64,000 nucleotides of DNA from an uncultured Pseudomonadota bacterium (GTDB lineage Bacteria > Babelota > Babeliae > Babelales > UBA12411): the NCBI GenBank assembly GCA_964491895.1, contig CAZBHK010000001.1, forward strand, positions 91,280 through 155,279. The letters are read 5' to 3'. The notes beneath the pieces were generated by a model, which searched no databases, was not told the origin of the DNA, and saw only the letters and a list, made by a program, of their open reading frames with translations. A program made the translations under genes and the position numbers. Shown here in pieces: positions 29,285 through 38,323 of the stretch (position 1 is its first letter; each line of letters starts with the position of its first letter).

Positions 29285-30847
29285 GTGAAAAATAATAATT
29301 TTTATGTTACAACACCACTTTATTATGTAAATTCTAAACCACATTTAGGAACACTTTATTCTACACTTTTGGCAGATGTTATTGCTAGGTTCAAAAAGCT
29401 TATGGGTAAGGAGACTTTTTTCCTTACTGGTACTGATGAACATGGTCAAAAGATAGCGGAAAAAGCAGCATCAGAGGGTAAGAATCCAAAAGAGTTTACT
29501 GACTCGATGGTTCCCAAATTTAAAGAAGTTTGGAAGCTTTATAATATTGAATATGATAAGTTTATACGTACAACTGATCAAGAACATATAAACTCAGTTA
29601 TTAGTTTTATAAAAAATTTACAGGATAAAGGCGATATTTATAAATCAATATATTCTGGATGGTATTGTGTTCCTTGTGAAACTTTTATTAATATTACTCC
29701 AGAGGTTCCTAGGTCTGAGGATTCAAAATATTTATGTCCTAATTGCAAGAGAGCATTAAAGGAAATATCAGAAGAGAATTATTTTTTTAGGCTTTCTGCT
29801 TATACAGATCAGTTACTTAGCTTTTATGAATCTAATCCTAATTTTATAACACCAAGAGAGCGTTTGAATGAAGTCATTTCATTTGTTAAGTCTGGGTTAC
29901 AAGATTTAAGTATTTCTCGTAAATCTGTAAAGTGGGGAATCCCATTTCCTCTAGATTCAGAGCAGACTGTTTATGTTTGGGCAGATGCCTTACTCAATTA
30001 TATTAGTGCTATAGGTTATGGTTCTGATGATACATTGCTTGAAAAATGGTGGCCTGCAGATGTACAAATAATGGCTAAGGATATTGTTAGATTTCATGCA
30101 GTATACTGGCTAGCATTTTTGATGGCTATTAACCTTCCATTACCAAAAAAGTTACTTGTGCATGGTTATATCCTTACTAAAGATCAAAAAATGTCTAAAT
30201 CTTTAGGTAATGTTATAGATCCAGAAGATTTAGCAAATAGTTATAGTGTTGATGCGATACGTTATTATTTATTACGACAAATGTCGGTACATCAGGATGG
30301 AAAGTTTGATATTAATGAGTTAGAGGCTAGGATAGGAGCAGATCTTGCTAATAATCTAGGTAATCTTTTAAATAGGGTTACTGCTTTGGCAATTAATAAT
30401 GAACTAGATAATATTTCTGCACCAGCTACATTGGAGCCAGCATCTGCTGCATTGCATATTAAATGTGAAGAAGCATTTAGGTTGTATTGGGATAACATGC
30501 AACATTTTGAATATCACGTAGCTATTGCTGATTTATGGAAATTTATCTCTGAGATTAATGTTTACTTTGATACTCAGCGCCCATGGAAAGTTGTTAAGGA
30601 AAATAGAGAGCTATTTGAAGAAATTATATCTTCAGTATGTCATTGTCTAGAGATGGCTGCTATATTGGCTTGGCCGATTATGCCTACTAAAATGGAACAG
30701 TTGTTATCGTACTTAGGACATGAGTTTGATTTAAAGAATAATTATGAGGCTATTCTTCGTAAGAATGTTTGGAATAGAACCTTTAGTTTAACTAAACCAG
30801 AAACACCCTTATTTCTTAGACCGGAAAAAAAAGATGGAACAAATTAA
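29285..30847 (+). CDS. metG: Methionyl-tRNA synthetase (short form)
   Basis: YYVNSKPHLG (HIGH-like), LTGTDEHG, Zn knuckle CVPC..CPNC, KMSKS. Confidence 0.97.
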   Translation: MKNNNFYVTTPLYYVNSKPHLGTLYSTLLADVIARFKKLMGKETFFLTGTDEHGQKIAEKAASEGKNPKEFTDSMVPKFKEVWKLYNIEYDKFIRTTDQEHINSVISFIKNLQDKGDIYKSIYSGWYCVPCETFINITPEVPRSEDSKYLCPNCKRALKEISEENYFFRLSAYTDQLLSFYESNPNFITPRERLNEVISFVKSGLQDLSISRKSVKWGIPFPLDSEQTVYVWADALLNYISAIGYGSDDTLLEKWWPADVQIMAKDIVRFHAVYWLAFLMAINLPLPKKLLVHGYILTKDQKMSKSLGNVIDPEDLANSYSVDAIRYYLLRQMSVHQDGKFDINELEARIGADLANNLGNLLNRVTALAINNELDNISAPATLEPASAALHIKCEEAFRLYWDNMQHFEYHVAIADLWKFISEINVYFDTQRPWKVVKENRELFEEIISSVCHCLEMAAILAWPIMPTKMEQLLSYLGHEFDLKNNYEAILRKNVWNRTFSLTKPETPLFLRPEKKDGTN

Positions 30848-31166
30848 TTTTGATGATTTTATAAAAGTACATTTAGTTATTGGTCAAATATTGAGTTGTG
30901 AACCGGTTGAAGGCTCAGAAAAACTTTATAAACTTTCTGTTAATTTAGGCGATTATGGAATTCGTCAGATTCTATCCGGTATTGCACAGTTTTTTTCTAT
31001 TGACGATCTTGTTGGTAAACAGGGAATATATGTTGCCAATTTAGCTCCACGTAAGATGATGGGGCTTACATCAGATGGGATGATGTTATTTGCTAAGGAC
31101 TCTACAGGAAAGCTTAAAATGGTTACAGTATCAGAATTTGTAGAGAATGGAACACGAGTATCTTAA
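30834..31166 (+). CDS. tRNA-binding OB-fold domain (MetRS C-terminal domain/Trbp111/CsaA-like)
   Basis: INFDDF, RQILSGI, ANLAPRKMMG..S.GM. Confidence 0.92.
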   Translation: MEQINFDDFIKVHLVIGQILSCEPVEGSEKLYKLSVNLGDYGIRQILSGIAQFFSIDDLVGKQGIYVANLAPRKMMGLTSDGMMLFAKDSTGKLKMVTVSEFVENGTRVS

Positions 31167-31171
31167 TTATT

Positions 31172-31591
31172 TTATGGTATTGAAAACCATGAATTGTTAG
31201 CCCATTGAAAAATTCGTTTATTTTTATTATTGGGATCATTTATTGCTTTTTGTGAACTAATTTCTTTTATAGTCTTAATGTTTATTTTTTTAGGTGTATA
31301 AAATATACGCTTAGATTCATTAGATTTTAGAGTGATATTAAGTATTCTATTATCTTCTAGTTGGATTTGAAATTGATAGCTTTGTAGTGAATTATTTATT
31401 AACCATTTGGTTATTCCATTATTGTTATACCCTATATTTTCTAACTTTATACGTGTTGCTGGATTAGAGGCTAACTCCTCACTAGCGGTATTTAGTAGAT
31501 CTAAGATTTGAAGATTTTGAGCTATACAATTACATACGGACAAGGATAGTAGAAGTGTTATTGATATAAAAATTTTTTTTACTTTTAACAT
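31172..31591 (-). CDS. Hypothetical secreted protein
   Basis: ggagga RBS upstream; basic-hydrophobic signal peptide; no motif recognised. Confidence 0.7.
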   Translation of the reverse strand: MLKVKKIFISITLLLSLSVCNCIAQNLQILDLLNTASEELASNPATRIKLENIGYNNNGITKWLINNSLQSYQFQIQLEDNRILNITLKSNESKRIFYTPKKINIKTIKEISSQKAINDPNNKNKRIFQWANNSWFSIP

Positions 31592-31735
31592 GATTTCTCC
31601 TCCATTATTATTAAGTTTATAGTATCAAGGTTTCTAGAGTGAATATTTTTGTTAAAAAGGGTTATTTATGGGGCTTTATGTACATTCCATGATAAGGATA
31701 TAAACTATATAAAAACATGTTTATTGGGGCATTAA

Positions 31736-32914
31736 ATGAACAGGCAATTAGATTTTCCTATTTTGATTAAAGATAACAAAGTATATTTGGATAGTGCTGC
31801 TACATCCCAAAAACCTAGACAGGTTTTAGATACACTTATGGCATTTTATGAAGGTTACGCTTCAAATGTCCATAGGGGTATATATAAGATGGCGGAACAG
31901 GCTAGTTTTGAGTATGAAAAAGCTCGGGGAAAGGTTGCTGCGTTTATTAATGTTGATCCAGAGGAAATAGTTTTTACACAAGGAACTACAGAGGGCATTA
32001 ATTTTATTGCTTCTACTTGTGGTATTAAGGATGGTGAAATTTTGATCACTGAGGTTGAGCATCATTCTAATCTCTTACCTTGGCAGAGACTTAAATCTAC
32101 ATTAAAGTTTATCCCCTTGGATTTAAAGACTTTTAAATTAATGCCAGCTAATACAATAACCCCTAATACTAGGCTTGTTGCCATTACTACCTATTCTAAT
32201 GTAGTTGGATCTGTATGGGAAAATGATGTTGTATTAAAGCAGTTTATAAAAGAAGCACATAATGTGGGAGCCAAGGTATTACTTGATATAGCACAGGACA
32301 TTCCTCATAGAAGGTTAGATATCAGAGATTTAGACGCAGATTTTGTGGTATTTTCAGGACATAAGATGTTGGCACCATCAGGTATAGGCATTTTGTATAT
32401 TAACAAGAGATTACATGATTCTATTGAGCCATATCAGGTTGGTGGTTCAATGGTTTATTCTGTTGATTATAGTAGCTCTATTTGGAAGCAGGCACCATAT
32501 AAATTTGAAGCAGGCACCCCTCCTATTGAACAGGCTATTGCCTTAGGTTCAGCTATTGATTATTTAAATGCTATAGATTTTAATGAATTACAAAGACATG
32601 AAGCTTCTTTATGTTCGATGCTTATTAGTGGATTGGAAAAGATTGAAGGCATTAAAATTTTAGGTGACAAACAAACTCTTGGGCATTTGGTAAGCTTTGT
32701 GGTGAATGGGATACATGCACATGATATTGCTGCTTATTTGGATGAAGAGGATATCTTAGTTAGAGCAGGTCATCATTGTGCTCAACCACTACATAAACTT
32801 TTAGGTGTAGATGCCTCTGTTAGAGTAAGTTTTTATTTGTATAATACAAAAGATGATGTTAAAAAGTTATTAAATGCAATATACAAGGCTGTTACTTTTT
32901 TTAGAAAAGATTAA
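31736..32914 (+). CDS. sufS: Cysteine desulfurase, group II
   Basis: YLDSAATSQKP, EHHSN, SGHKM, RAGHHCAQP. Confidence 0.95.
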   Translation: MNRQLDFPILIKDNKVYLDSAATSQKPRQVLDTLMAFYEGYASNVHRGIYKMAEQASFEYEKARGKVAAFINVDPEEIVFTQGTTEGINFIASTCGIKDGEILITEVEHHSNLLPWQRLKSTLKFIPLDLKTFKLMPANTITPNTRLVAITTYSNVVGSVWENDVVLKQFIKEAHNVGAKVLLDIAQDIPHRRLDIRDLDADFVVFSGHKMLAPSGIGILYINKRLHDSIEPYQVGGSMVYSVDYSSSIWKQAPYKFEAGTPPIEQAIALGSAIDYLNAIDFNELQRHEASLCSMLISGLEKIEGIKILGDKQTLGHLVSFVVNGIHAHDIAAYLDEEDILVRAGHHCAQPLHKLLGVDASVRVSFYLYNTKDDVKKLLNAIYKAVTFFRKD

Positions 32915-32916
32915 GT

Positions 32917-33294
32917 ATGTATAAAGAAGAATTAATGGAACACTTTAAAAATCCTTGTAATTATGGAGTTTTGAATAGTCCTGATTTTGTTATTATGGAT
33001 GAAAATCCTTCATGTGGTGATTTTATAAGCATTTATGGCAAGGTAGAAAATGGATTACTAATAAATGTTAGCTTTACTGGAAAAGGTTGTGTCTTAAGTC
33101 AGGCTACTGCTTCTATATTAACAGAGCGATTTATTAGGACTAATTTGGATAAAATTTTGCAAATATCAAGAAATGATATTCTAGATATGCTAGGCTTAGA
33201 ATTAGGACCTGTGAGAATTAAGTGTGCGATGTTACCATTATTGGTATTGCAAGCGGGGATAAAATCTTATCAAAGAGGGTGTAAAAATGATTAA
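32917..33294 (+). CDS. sufU: SufU/IscU-type sulfur acceptor/scaffold
   Basis: NPSCGD, GKGCVLS, RIKCA; directly after sufS. Confidence 0.88.
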   Translation: MYKEELMEHFKNPCNYGVLNSPDFVIMDENPSCGDFISIYGKVENGLLINVSFTGKGCVLSQATASILTERFIRTNLDKILQISRNDILDMLGLELGPVRIKCAMLPLLVLQAGIKSYQRGCKND

Positions 33295-34777
33295 AATAGA
33301 ACTTTCCCAACAGTCTTTCTGGGATAATAATGTAGATGGCTTTTTTTTCTTATTAGAGGAAAATTTTAATTTTTCTCCTGAATTGCAAAAGATTGAGATT
33401 GAATATTATAGTAACTTAAAAGATATTTTTAAAAAGCATAAATTTACAGGGAAAGTTGGTCAGTCATTTATTTTAACACCTACACGTAATAATAAAATTA
33501 ATATGCTTTTTTTTGTAGGGCTAGGTTCGGTTAAAGAGTCTGTAGTAGACTCCTTAGAATCATTAAGAAGTTCGCTTAATAGTGTGATTTCTTTAATCAA
33601 AAGTTATTCTCTTGAAAAGAGTGTTCTTTTATTGCCTGATTCAAAAATATTCAATGTAGATGCCGAGGAGCTTGTGCGACAAGTAGTAATAAGTCTTAAT
33701 ATGGCAGATTATGAATTTATTACATTTAAGACAGATAATGTTGAAAAATTAGATGCTGTCTTATACATAGTTAATGGTTCTCATGATAAGGCGGCTAAGG
33801 AAGGTAATATTATTGGAAAGTATGTTAACAATGTTCGTCATTGGGCAGATCTACCGCCAAATATTTTGACACCTACAAAACTTAGTGAAGAGGCACAAAA
33901 GATAGCTAATGAAACTGGTTTAAAATGTATAATTTTTGGAAGAGAAAAAGCTTTAGAGTTAGGCATGGGTGGTTTTTGCGCTGTTGATTCTGGCTCTGAT
34001 CAACCTGGTAAGTTTATTATTCTCGAGTACAAGGGTTCTGCCAATGCACCAACAATTGCTTTTGTTGGTAAGGGTGTAACATTTGATAGTGGTGGAATAA
34101 GTTTGAAACCTTCTAATAGCATGACTGGCATGAAATATGATATGTCAGGAGCTGCAGCAGTTATAGGTGCAATGGGCGCAATAGCAGAGCTTAAGCTAAA
34201 TATCAATGTTATAGGTATAGCTCCAGCAGTTGAAAATATGCCTAGTGGCAAAAGTGATCGGCAAGACGATATATTAACATTTATGAATGGTAAGACAGCA
34301 GAGATTATCAGTACGGATGCTGAAGGTAGACTAATCTTGGCTGATGCTTTATGTTATGCGGAAAAATATTATAAGCCAGATGTTATTGTTGATATAGCGA
34401 CTCTTACTGGCGCATGTGTTGTAGCTTTAGGTCATGCATTTTCTGCGTTGATGACACGTAATGATAAACTTTCAAAACAGCTTATAGCTGTTGGTGAGTT
34501 TGTGGGTGATCGTCTTTGGAGGTTACCATTACATGATATTTATAAAGGCGGTAATAAATCTGTTGTTGCTGATATAGCAAACTGTGGTTCTCCCGATTAT
34601 GGAGCAGGCACTATTACAGCAGCTTTATTTTTAGAAAACTTTGTTGTTAGAACACCATGGGCGCATATAGATATAGCTGGAACTGCAGATCGAGTTCCAG
34701 GTACCAATAAGGGTGCTACTGGTGTTGGTGTGAGGTTGTTTGTAGAGTTTGCAAAAAAGTTCGATAAAAATTTCTAA
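33287..34777 (+). CDS. pepA: Leucyl aminopeptidase (M17)
   Basis: GKGVTFDSGG, MKYDMSG, TDAEGRL, DIATLTGA, WAHIDIAG. Confidence 0.96.
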   Translation: MIKIELSQQSFWDNNVDGFFFLLEENFNFSPELQKIEIEYYSNLKDIFKKHKFTGKVGQSFILTPTRNNKINMLFFVGLGSVKESVVDSLESLRSSLNSVISLIKSYSLEKSVLLLPDSKIFNVDAEELVRQVVISLNMADYEFITFKTDNVEKLDAVLYIVNGSHDKAAKEGNIIGKYVNNVRHWADLPPNILTPTKLSEEAQKIANETGLKCIIFGREKALELGMGGFCAVDSGSDQPGKFIILEYKGSANAPTIAFVGKGVTFDSGGISLKPSNSMTGMKYDMSGAAAVIGAMGAIAELKLNINVIGIAPAVENMPSGKSDRQDDILTFMNGKTAEIISTDAEGRLILADALCYAEKYYKPDVIVDIATLTGACVVALGHAFSALMTRNDKLSKQLIAVGEFVGDRLWRLPLHDIYKGGNKSVVADIANCGSPDYGAGTITAALFLENFVVRTPWAHIDIAGTADRVPGTNKGATGVGVRLFVEFAKKFDKNF

Positions 34778-34784
34778 AAAATAA

Positions 34785-35744
34785 TTAAATCGTCACTTCA
34801 GCATAAACAGAACAATTTGGACTACCTACAGGTAGTTTAGATGAGATATCTATTACGATTTTTTTTGGATCATGTAGGCCTCTTTCGTATTTTAAATAGG
34901 ATGTATTTTTGAGATTATATTGATTTTCTGATAAAATTGAGGTGATAGCAGTTTTTATATCACTAACATTTAAATTTGCTGGAAGTTCTTGATCGGGTGT
35001 AGGTTCATTATTTTCATTTGTTTGTATGTAGTGAAGAATAGGATAAGCTGTTCGTACTTCTTCTACTATATCTTTATTTAAAATCATCCATTCAATGATT
35101 ATGCCTGAGCTATGTTTACCTAGAAATCTGAATTTACAAGTACTGCTTGGATTATTGATTTTTGATTCGATAGTATGTTTTTTTTGTTCTATTATTTCGC
35201 GAATTAGAATAGCAATATTATTAGCATTCATTTCTACGGGATAGATAGTTTTATTACCCCTTCCCTTTTGTTGGAGACGGACTCCCTGTTTATTTTCATA
35301 ACCATCTCGTTTATTTGGAGTGTAATGCCCACCTCCATTTTTATCTCCATGCGTAATATGGTCAAGAGCTATAAGACTTATAGGACTTATCTCTGCTTTT
35401 ACTGCTAATTTTTTAATAAAATCTTTGTTTTCTTTATCTTGTGCAAAAGTATATTTGGCTTGTTCTTGTTTAGAAGCACTATCTTTATTTTCGCATAAAC
35501 CATTAAATGTTGCGAATAGGGCACGCCTTGCTCTTTTTTTTGGAGATTGCTGCTTGTCTAAATCAACAAAAAGTTTAGCTCGACTTTTAGGGGTAAGTAG
35601 GTGTGGTTTTTCTGGTGTTCTGAATTCTTCTTTATCAGATTCTTCATCGTATGTTGGGTCCACCAGAGATTTATTGTTAGGTGCACTAAAAAGTTGTGTA
35701 GTCAATAAGGTTATAAAAAGTGTTGATATAAATTGTTTAATCAT
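34785..35744 (-). CDS. Secreted protein with a bacterial EndoU-like ribonuclease domain
   Basis: Signal peptide; HITHGD..GGGHY (H129, H140), KTIYP (K165), G..SG.I..I.TAYP match the EndoU_bacteria pattern by eye. Confidence 0.7.
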   Translation of the reverse strand: MIKQFISTLFITLLTTQLFSAPNNKSLVDPTYDEESDKEEFRTPEKPHLLTPKSRAKLFVDLDKQQSPKKRARRALFATFNGLCENKDSASKQEQAKYTFAQDKENKDFIKKLAVKAEISPISLIALDHITHGDKNGGGHYTPNKRDGYENKQGVRLQQKGRGNKTIYPVEMNANNIAILIREIIEQKKHTIESKINNPSSTCKFRFLGKHSSGIIIEWMILNKDIVEEVRTAYPILHYIQTNENNEPTPDQELPANLNVSDIKTAITSILSENQYNLKNTSYLKYERGLHDPKKIVIDISSKLPVGSPNCSVYAEVTI

Positions 35745-35920
35745 GAATGTTCCTTTCTATTTTTTAATTATAAAATTTTTTGTAAAAGGAGTCAAAAGGT
35801 TAGTCTTGAAAAATGCAATTTTAGGGCTAAAAATCAGCTAAAACCCTAAGTTTTGTATTCTTTGTTCATAATATGGCATTATATAGATAGGGCTATTTCC
35901 CAAAAAAATTAAGGAAGATT

Positions 35921-36547
35921 ATGAATATTACGCCAGAACTATTAAGTTATATAAGTGTTTGGATAGCGAATGCTATCTATTTTTTATCGCTTTTCCCACA
36001 GATGTTATTGGATTATAAGCTTAAGACTGTAAATGGTATTAATGATTTAACCCTTTTTGGTTTAGTATTAGGTTATATTGCATATTGGTATCATATATAT
36101 TTTCAAGGATTTCCATTACCATACCAGGCATTGGTTCCATTAAGTGTTTTGGCTTCATTTATTATAGTTATACAAAGCTTTTATTATGATGGTTATGCGG
36201 GTAGACGGCAATTTATCTATTTATATCTATTTTTAATAGTTTTTTCTGGATTATTGCTACCAATAGCCTTCAAATATCCTGTTATAGCTGCTATACTATC
36301 TGGATGGCTATATTTTGTTATATGGCTGTTATATATGCTTCCACAAATATATAAGATTTATACGGAGAGGTCAGTAAGGGGCTTTAGCTATGGTTATTTA
36401 ACATTTTTAACCATAGGGTTATTAATGGAGTTTATAGCTGGTTTTTTTATAAAGCTTTCATTGCAGCTTTTTTTTAATTGTTTGAGGGGGATAGTAGGTT
36501 ATTTAATATTTAGCATATTTTTTTATATTTATAGAGATAATAGATAG
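35921..36547 (+). CDS. PQ-loop repeat transporter (two PQ motifs, about 7 TM)
   Basis: SLFPQMLLDYKLKTVNGI and MLPQIYKIYTERSVRGFS. Confidence 0.85.
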   Translation: MNITPELLSYISVWIANAIYFLSLFPQMLLDYKLKTVNGINDLTLFGLVLGYIAYWYHIYFQGFPLPYQALVPLSVLASFIIVIQSFYYDGYAGRRQFIYLYLFLIVFSGLLLPIAFKYPVIAAILSGWLYFVIWLLYMLPQIYKIYTERSVRGFSYGYLTFLTIGLLMEFIAGFFIKLSLQLFFNCLRGIVGYLIFSIFFYIYRDNR

Positions 36548-36563
36548 TTTTTTAGGGGTTGGG

Positions 36564-37184
36564 ATGTTTTCTGTAGAAAGTATGGCGTTGGGAGCCGTAT
36601 GGTTAATATGTATTATATATTTTAGTTCTATTTTGCCGCAAATATTTCTTAATTATAAATTAAGGAGTGTTACAGGTCTAAGTAATCTAATGTTATTTGG
36701 GTTACTTATTGGTTATATTGCGGAGACATATTATGTTGAATGCTTGTATTTACCTAACGGTTATCGGGTGATGTTACCCTTGGGAATTATTGCAGCGATA
36801 GTATTATGTTTTCAGAAAATTTATTTTGAAGGCTTATCTTCTAGTAAGGGTTTTTTAAATATCTTAGTAGGCATTATTGGAATAAGTTTTTTCTTTTTAC
36901 CCTTGGCATTTAAGAATTTAAGTTTAGTGGGTAATATTGCAGGGTGGATAGGTGCGTTTATTTGGTCAACTTACAAACTTCCACAGGTTGCTAAGCTTTA
37001 TAAATCAAAATCTGTTTATGGTTTTAGTTTTTTCTTTGTATTAATACTTTGGGTAGGTTCCTTTTTAGAATTTATTGCTGCTATGATATTAAAATTACCA
37101 GGACAAACTATTTTTAATGGATTATATGGAATTATTGTTAATTCTGTTTTAATGTTCCAATTTTTTCTATATCGAAATAACTAG
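36564..37184 (+). CDS. PQ-loop repeat transporter, tandem paralogue
   Basis: ILPQIFLNYKLRSVTGLS and KLPQVAKLYKSKSVYGFS. Confidence 0.85.
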   Translation: MFSVESMALGAVWLICIIYFSSILPQIFLNYKLRSVTGLSNLMLFGLLIGYIAETYYVECLYLPNGYRVMLPLGIIAAIVLCFQKIYFEGLSSSKGFLNILVGIIGISFFFLPLAFKNLSLVGNIAGWIGAFIWSTYKLPQVAKLYKSKSVYGFSFFFVLILWVGSFLEFIAAMILKLPGQTIFNGLYGIIVNSVLMFQFFLYRNN

Positions 37185-38323
37185 ATACTAATACCACGTT
37201 TTTTGATACTTTTTTGTGAATGGTGAAATTTTTTATTACTATTCATTCCTATTTTCATTATAATATTATAAAAAAAGTCTCTATCTATGCTTTTAATTAC
37301 TGCTTGTTCATGTGCTTCTGCTAAGGCAACAGGATATCCATATCCCTTTAAACTTTGATTTAATATTATTTTGCATATTTGTTCTACTAAAATATTATTT
37401 TCTGCTATCCAGGCAGGAATTTCTATACGTGCGAGTTCTTTACCTGTATTTATGTAGAAAAAATGTGGTTTTAAGTATGCTGGGTACAATGAAGATATTT
37501 TTGAATTGCTCCAAAAAATAGTAGTTCTTTGAGCTGGCTCTAAAAGTGATTTTAGTATTTGTGTATCTATAAGGTTATCAAGTTGTTTACATGGAGCGGT
37601 GCTAATGTTTCTATGTTCATTGATACAACGAGTTATGTCATTACGACATAGTCCCAATTTGATTAAGCTTATAATCTCTCGGCTTTTAGGTAGGCTTATA
37701 TACCCAGCTATGAGAATTTGATTTTCATAAAATTTATTTAAATAATTTAGATATACGTTTAAAAACAGGTTTTTAATTTCTGGTAGTTTTGATTCTAGAT
37801 GCCAAAATATTAATGAACCATCAATTAAGCATAAATTTTTTGTATTATTGAATTTATGTTCTTGTGCCATTTTGAGAGTGTAATCGAATTCTAGTTCTTC
37901 TCGTTTTAAATCTACAATATCTTTTGAGAAAGGAAACTCTTTATAGTTGAGATCATCAGGCATAAAAAGAAAAGGTTCACAGAAAAACTTTACGCTAGAT
38001 GTTTTTTGATATTGTAATAAGGTACCACCAAGATTAATAAGAAAAATGTTGCTTCCTGGCATATTACGATCAGGATAGATTTGTGAGCCATCTATTGCTA
38101 GAACAGCATACCGTTCTAGATTATTCTTTATAGTAAATAAATCGTCTAAGTTTCCATGCCATCCAGGAGTTGCTGATGTATTTATAGCAAATTTCAGGAA
38201 AGCTGAGTCTTTTAGAATTTTATTCCAGATATCTAAAGCAAGTAGTTTTTTAGATGAGGAGTCAGGAAATAAAAAATTAGAACATTTATCTATCTCTTGA
38301 AGAAGTTTGCTACGGTTTAGCAT
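37181..38323 (-). CDS. nurA: NurA-family nuclease
   Basis: AIDGSQI, LIDGSL, ARIEIPAW, GYPVALAEAHEQAVI. Confidence 0.82.
   Translation of the reverse strand: MLNRSKLLQEIDKCSNFLFPDSSSKKLLALDIWNKILKDSAFLKFAINTSATPGWHGNLDDLFTIKNNLERYAVLAIDGSQIYPDRNMPGSNIFLINLGGTLLQYQKTSSVKFFCEPFLFMPDDLNYKEFPFSKDIVDLKREELEFDYTLKMAQEHKFNNTKNLCLIDGSLIFWHLESKLPEIKNLFLNVYLNYLNKFYENQILIAGYISLPKSREIISLIKLGLCRNDITRCINEHRNISTAPCKQLDNLIDTQILKSLLEPAQRTTIFWSNSKISSLYPAYLKPHFFYINTGKELARIEIPAWIAENNILVEQICKIILNQSLKGYGYPVALAEAHEQAVIKSIDRDFFYNIIMKIGMNSNKKFHHSQKSIKKRGISI

Noticed and set aside
30825-30833. A_AAA_AAG-like -1 ribosomal frameshift at the metG end
   Set aside because: The -1 frame hits a stop within about 10 codons; only a +1 shift or single-A deletion reaches the OB domain
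35425-35841. 138-aa plus-strand ORF as a possible immunity gene for the EndoU protein
   Set aside because: Antisense to the toxin's own N-terminal half, wrong position for immunity, shadow-like composition
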